A stretch of 64,000 nt of DNA from contig JAWMAR010000033.1 of NCBI GenBank assembly GCA_036785375.1, forward strand, positions 9,548,001-9,612,000, written 5' to 3'. This DNA comes from Leucoraja ocellata (taxonomy: Eukaryota). Each line of letters opens with the position of its first letter. Positions within the stretch are counted from its first letter, which is position 1. This document shows positions 62,550-64,000 of the stretch, in pieces. A program made the position numbers and the translations under genes. The notes below the pieces were generated by a model, which was not told the DNA's origin, made no database searches, and worked only from the letters and a program-made list of their open reading frames with translations.

Positions 62550-63189
62550 CTGCAAGGTAAAGAGTATTTATGAGCAAGGACATTTGCTCAGCTTATATCA
62601 TTAAATCTCCATATACACAGCTTGCACGCGCACATATTTCAAAGTCAAAGTCAACTTTATTCGTCACGTACACATATGAGATGTGCAGTGAAATTAAAAG
62701 TGGCAATGCTCGCGGACTTTGTGCAAAAAGACTGCAAAACAGAATGGAATAGAATCACATATTCACATATTGCATATTTGTGGGAGGAATAAAAGAAAAA
62801 AACAGCAATTTTAAAAAGTCACCACACAACAGTAAAGTTAGTCCCTGGAGAGATAAGTTTACAGTCCTAATGGCCTCTGGGAACAAACTCCTTCTCATCC
62901 TCTCCGTTTTCAGCATTTGCCTGCAGGATGTTCCATCACACAGCTAGCAATTGGTTACCACAGTTTAGTTTGCCCACACTGAACAAGAAGGGTCTCGACC
63001 CAAAACGTCGCCAATTCCTTCGCTCCTAGGCGCTGCCTCACCAGCTGAGTTTTTCCAGCATTTTTGTCGACCTTCAGGGAGATCGCATTCATCGAAACAG
63101 GTGTAGGTTGCAATCAACCTGGCGGCAACAATCAAATAGAACAACTTGTCCTACAACATTAGGCTGTGCACGCCATACGCAAGAAGAAG

Positions 63190-63575
63190 AGGTCTACCTT
63201 TGATTTTTCCAGCATCTGCAGTTCTATCTTCTACGGTCTGGAGAAGACTGGTCTGTACAGCAATATGTTTAAGAAGGAACTGTGCAGATGCTGGAAAATC
63301 GAAGGTAGACAAAAATGCTGGAGAAACTCAGCGGGTGCAGCAGCATCTATGGAACGAAGGAGCATCTATTTCCTTTGCTCCATAGATGCTGCTGCACCCG
63401 CTGAGTTTCTCCAGCATTTTTGTGTACCTGTACAGCAATATGTCTGGAGAAGGGTTTCGGCCTGAAAAGTCACCTATTTCCTTTGCTCCATAGATGCTGC
63501 TGCACCCGCTGAGTTTCTCCAGCATTTTTGTCTACCTTCGATTTTCCAACATCTGCAGTTCTTTCTTAAACACTC
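63190..63575. mobile_element. Nested hammerhead repeats (inverted pair inside a rearranged copy)
   Basis: Several copies in both orientations; duplicated ctgtacagcaatatgt flank. Confidence 0.7.
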
Positions 63576-64000
63576 TGGACTGGTTTGATTTCACTGAAGT
63601 TTTAGTTTATCTGTGTATTGAGTTAGCATTAATTTCAGGGATTTAACTATCATCCTTGTCATAAACAGTTGACAGGAAACAATATTCTTCCTTTTTATAT
63701 TATAGCCCATAATTTAAAAATGCAATCTAATTGACAAGACAAGATTTATTCAGACATAATCTTAAAATCAGAAATCTTATTGTTATAAAATTGTTGATTT
63801 CACAAATTGATTCATCCAGTTTCAATTTGGTTTACTGTCACGTGTACCGAGGTACAGTGAAAAGCTTTTGTTGCGTGCTAACCAGTCAGCGGGAAGGGAG
63901 TACATAATTGCAATCCAGCCAGTCACAGTGTACAGATACATGATTAGGGTAAGGCTATATTTACGAGGGAGTTAGATGTGGGCCTTGTGGCTAAAGGGAT

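Noticed and set aside
146-63575. CRISPR-like or prokaryotic repeat system
   Set aside because: Repeats are dispersed in both orientations with no regular spacers or cas genes; the DNA is spliceosomal and vertebrate

Overview
Eukaryotic, intron-rich vertebrate DNA, most likely a cartilaginous fish (skate or ray); this is inferred from the HE1-type V-SINEs, CR1 tails and gene order. It contains four genes: the last two coding exons of IKBKB (+, ending in the NEMO-binding LDWSWL motif), a complete 7-coding-exon ENKD1 (+) with an apparent 1-bp frameshift, a complete intact 14-exon POLB (+, 335 aa), and the last exon of DKK4 (-). IKBKB-POLB-DKK4 is the order known from human 8p11, where ENKD1 is not present. 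Introns are full of transposon debris (V-SINE, CR1, Rex1/Babar-like, RTE, L1-like, Vingi-like, Penelope-like, Tc1, hAT and Harbinger MITEs). The most striking unexplained structure is a ~100-200 bp repeat at roughly 45-50 loci (counted by eye) that carries a minimal hammerhead-ribozyme core (CTGAAGA-A-GGGT[loop]RCCC-GAAAC-GTC). It occurs as ~97-bp units with 14-16 bp target duplications, as fold-back palindromes and as tandem cores. All calls are by eye; no searches were run.
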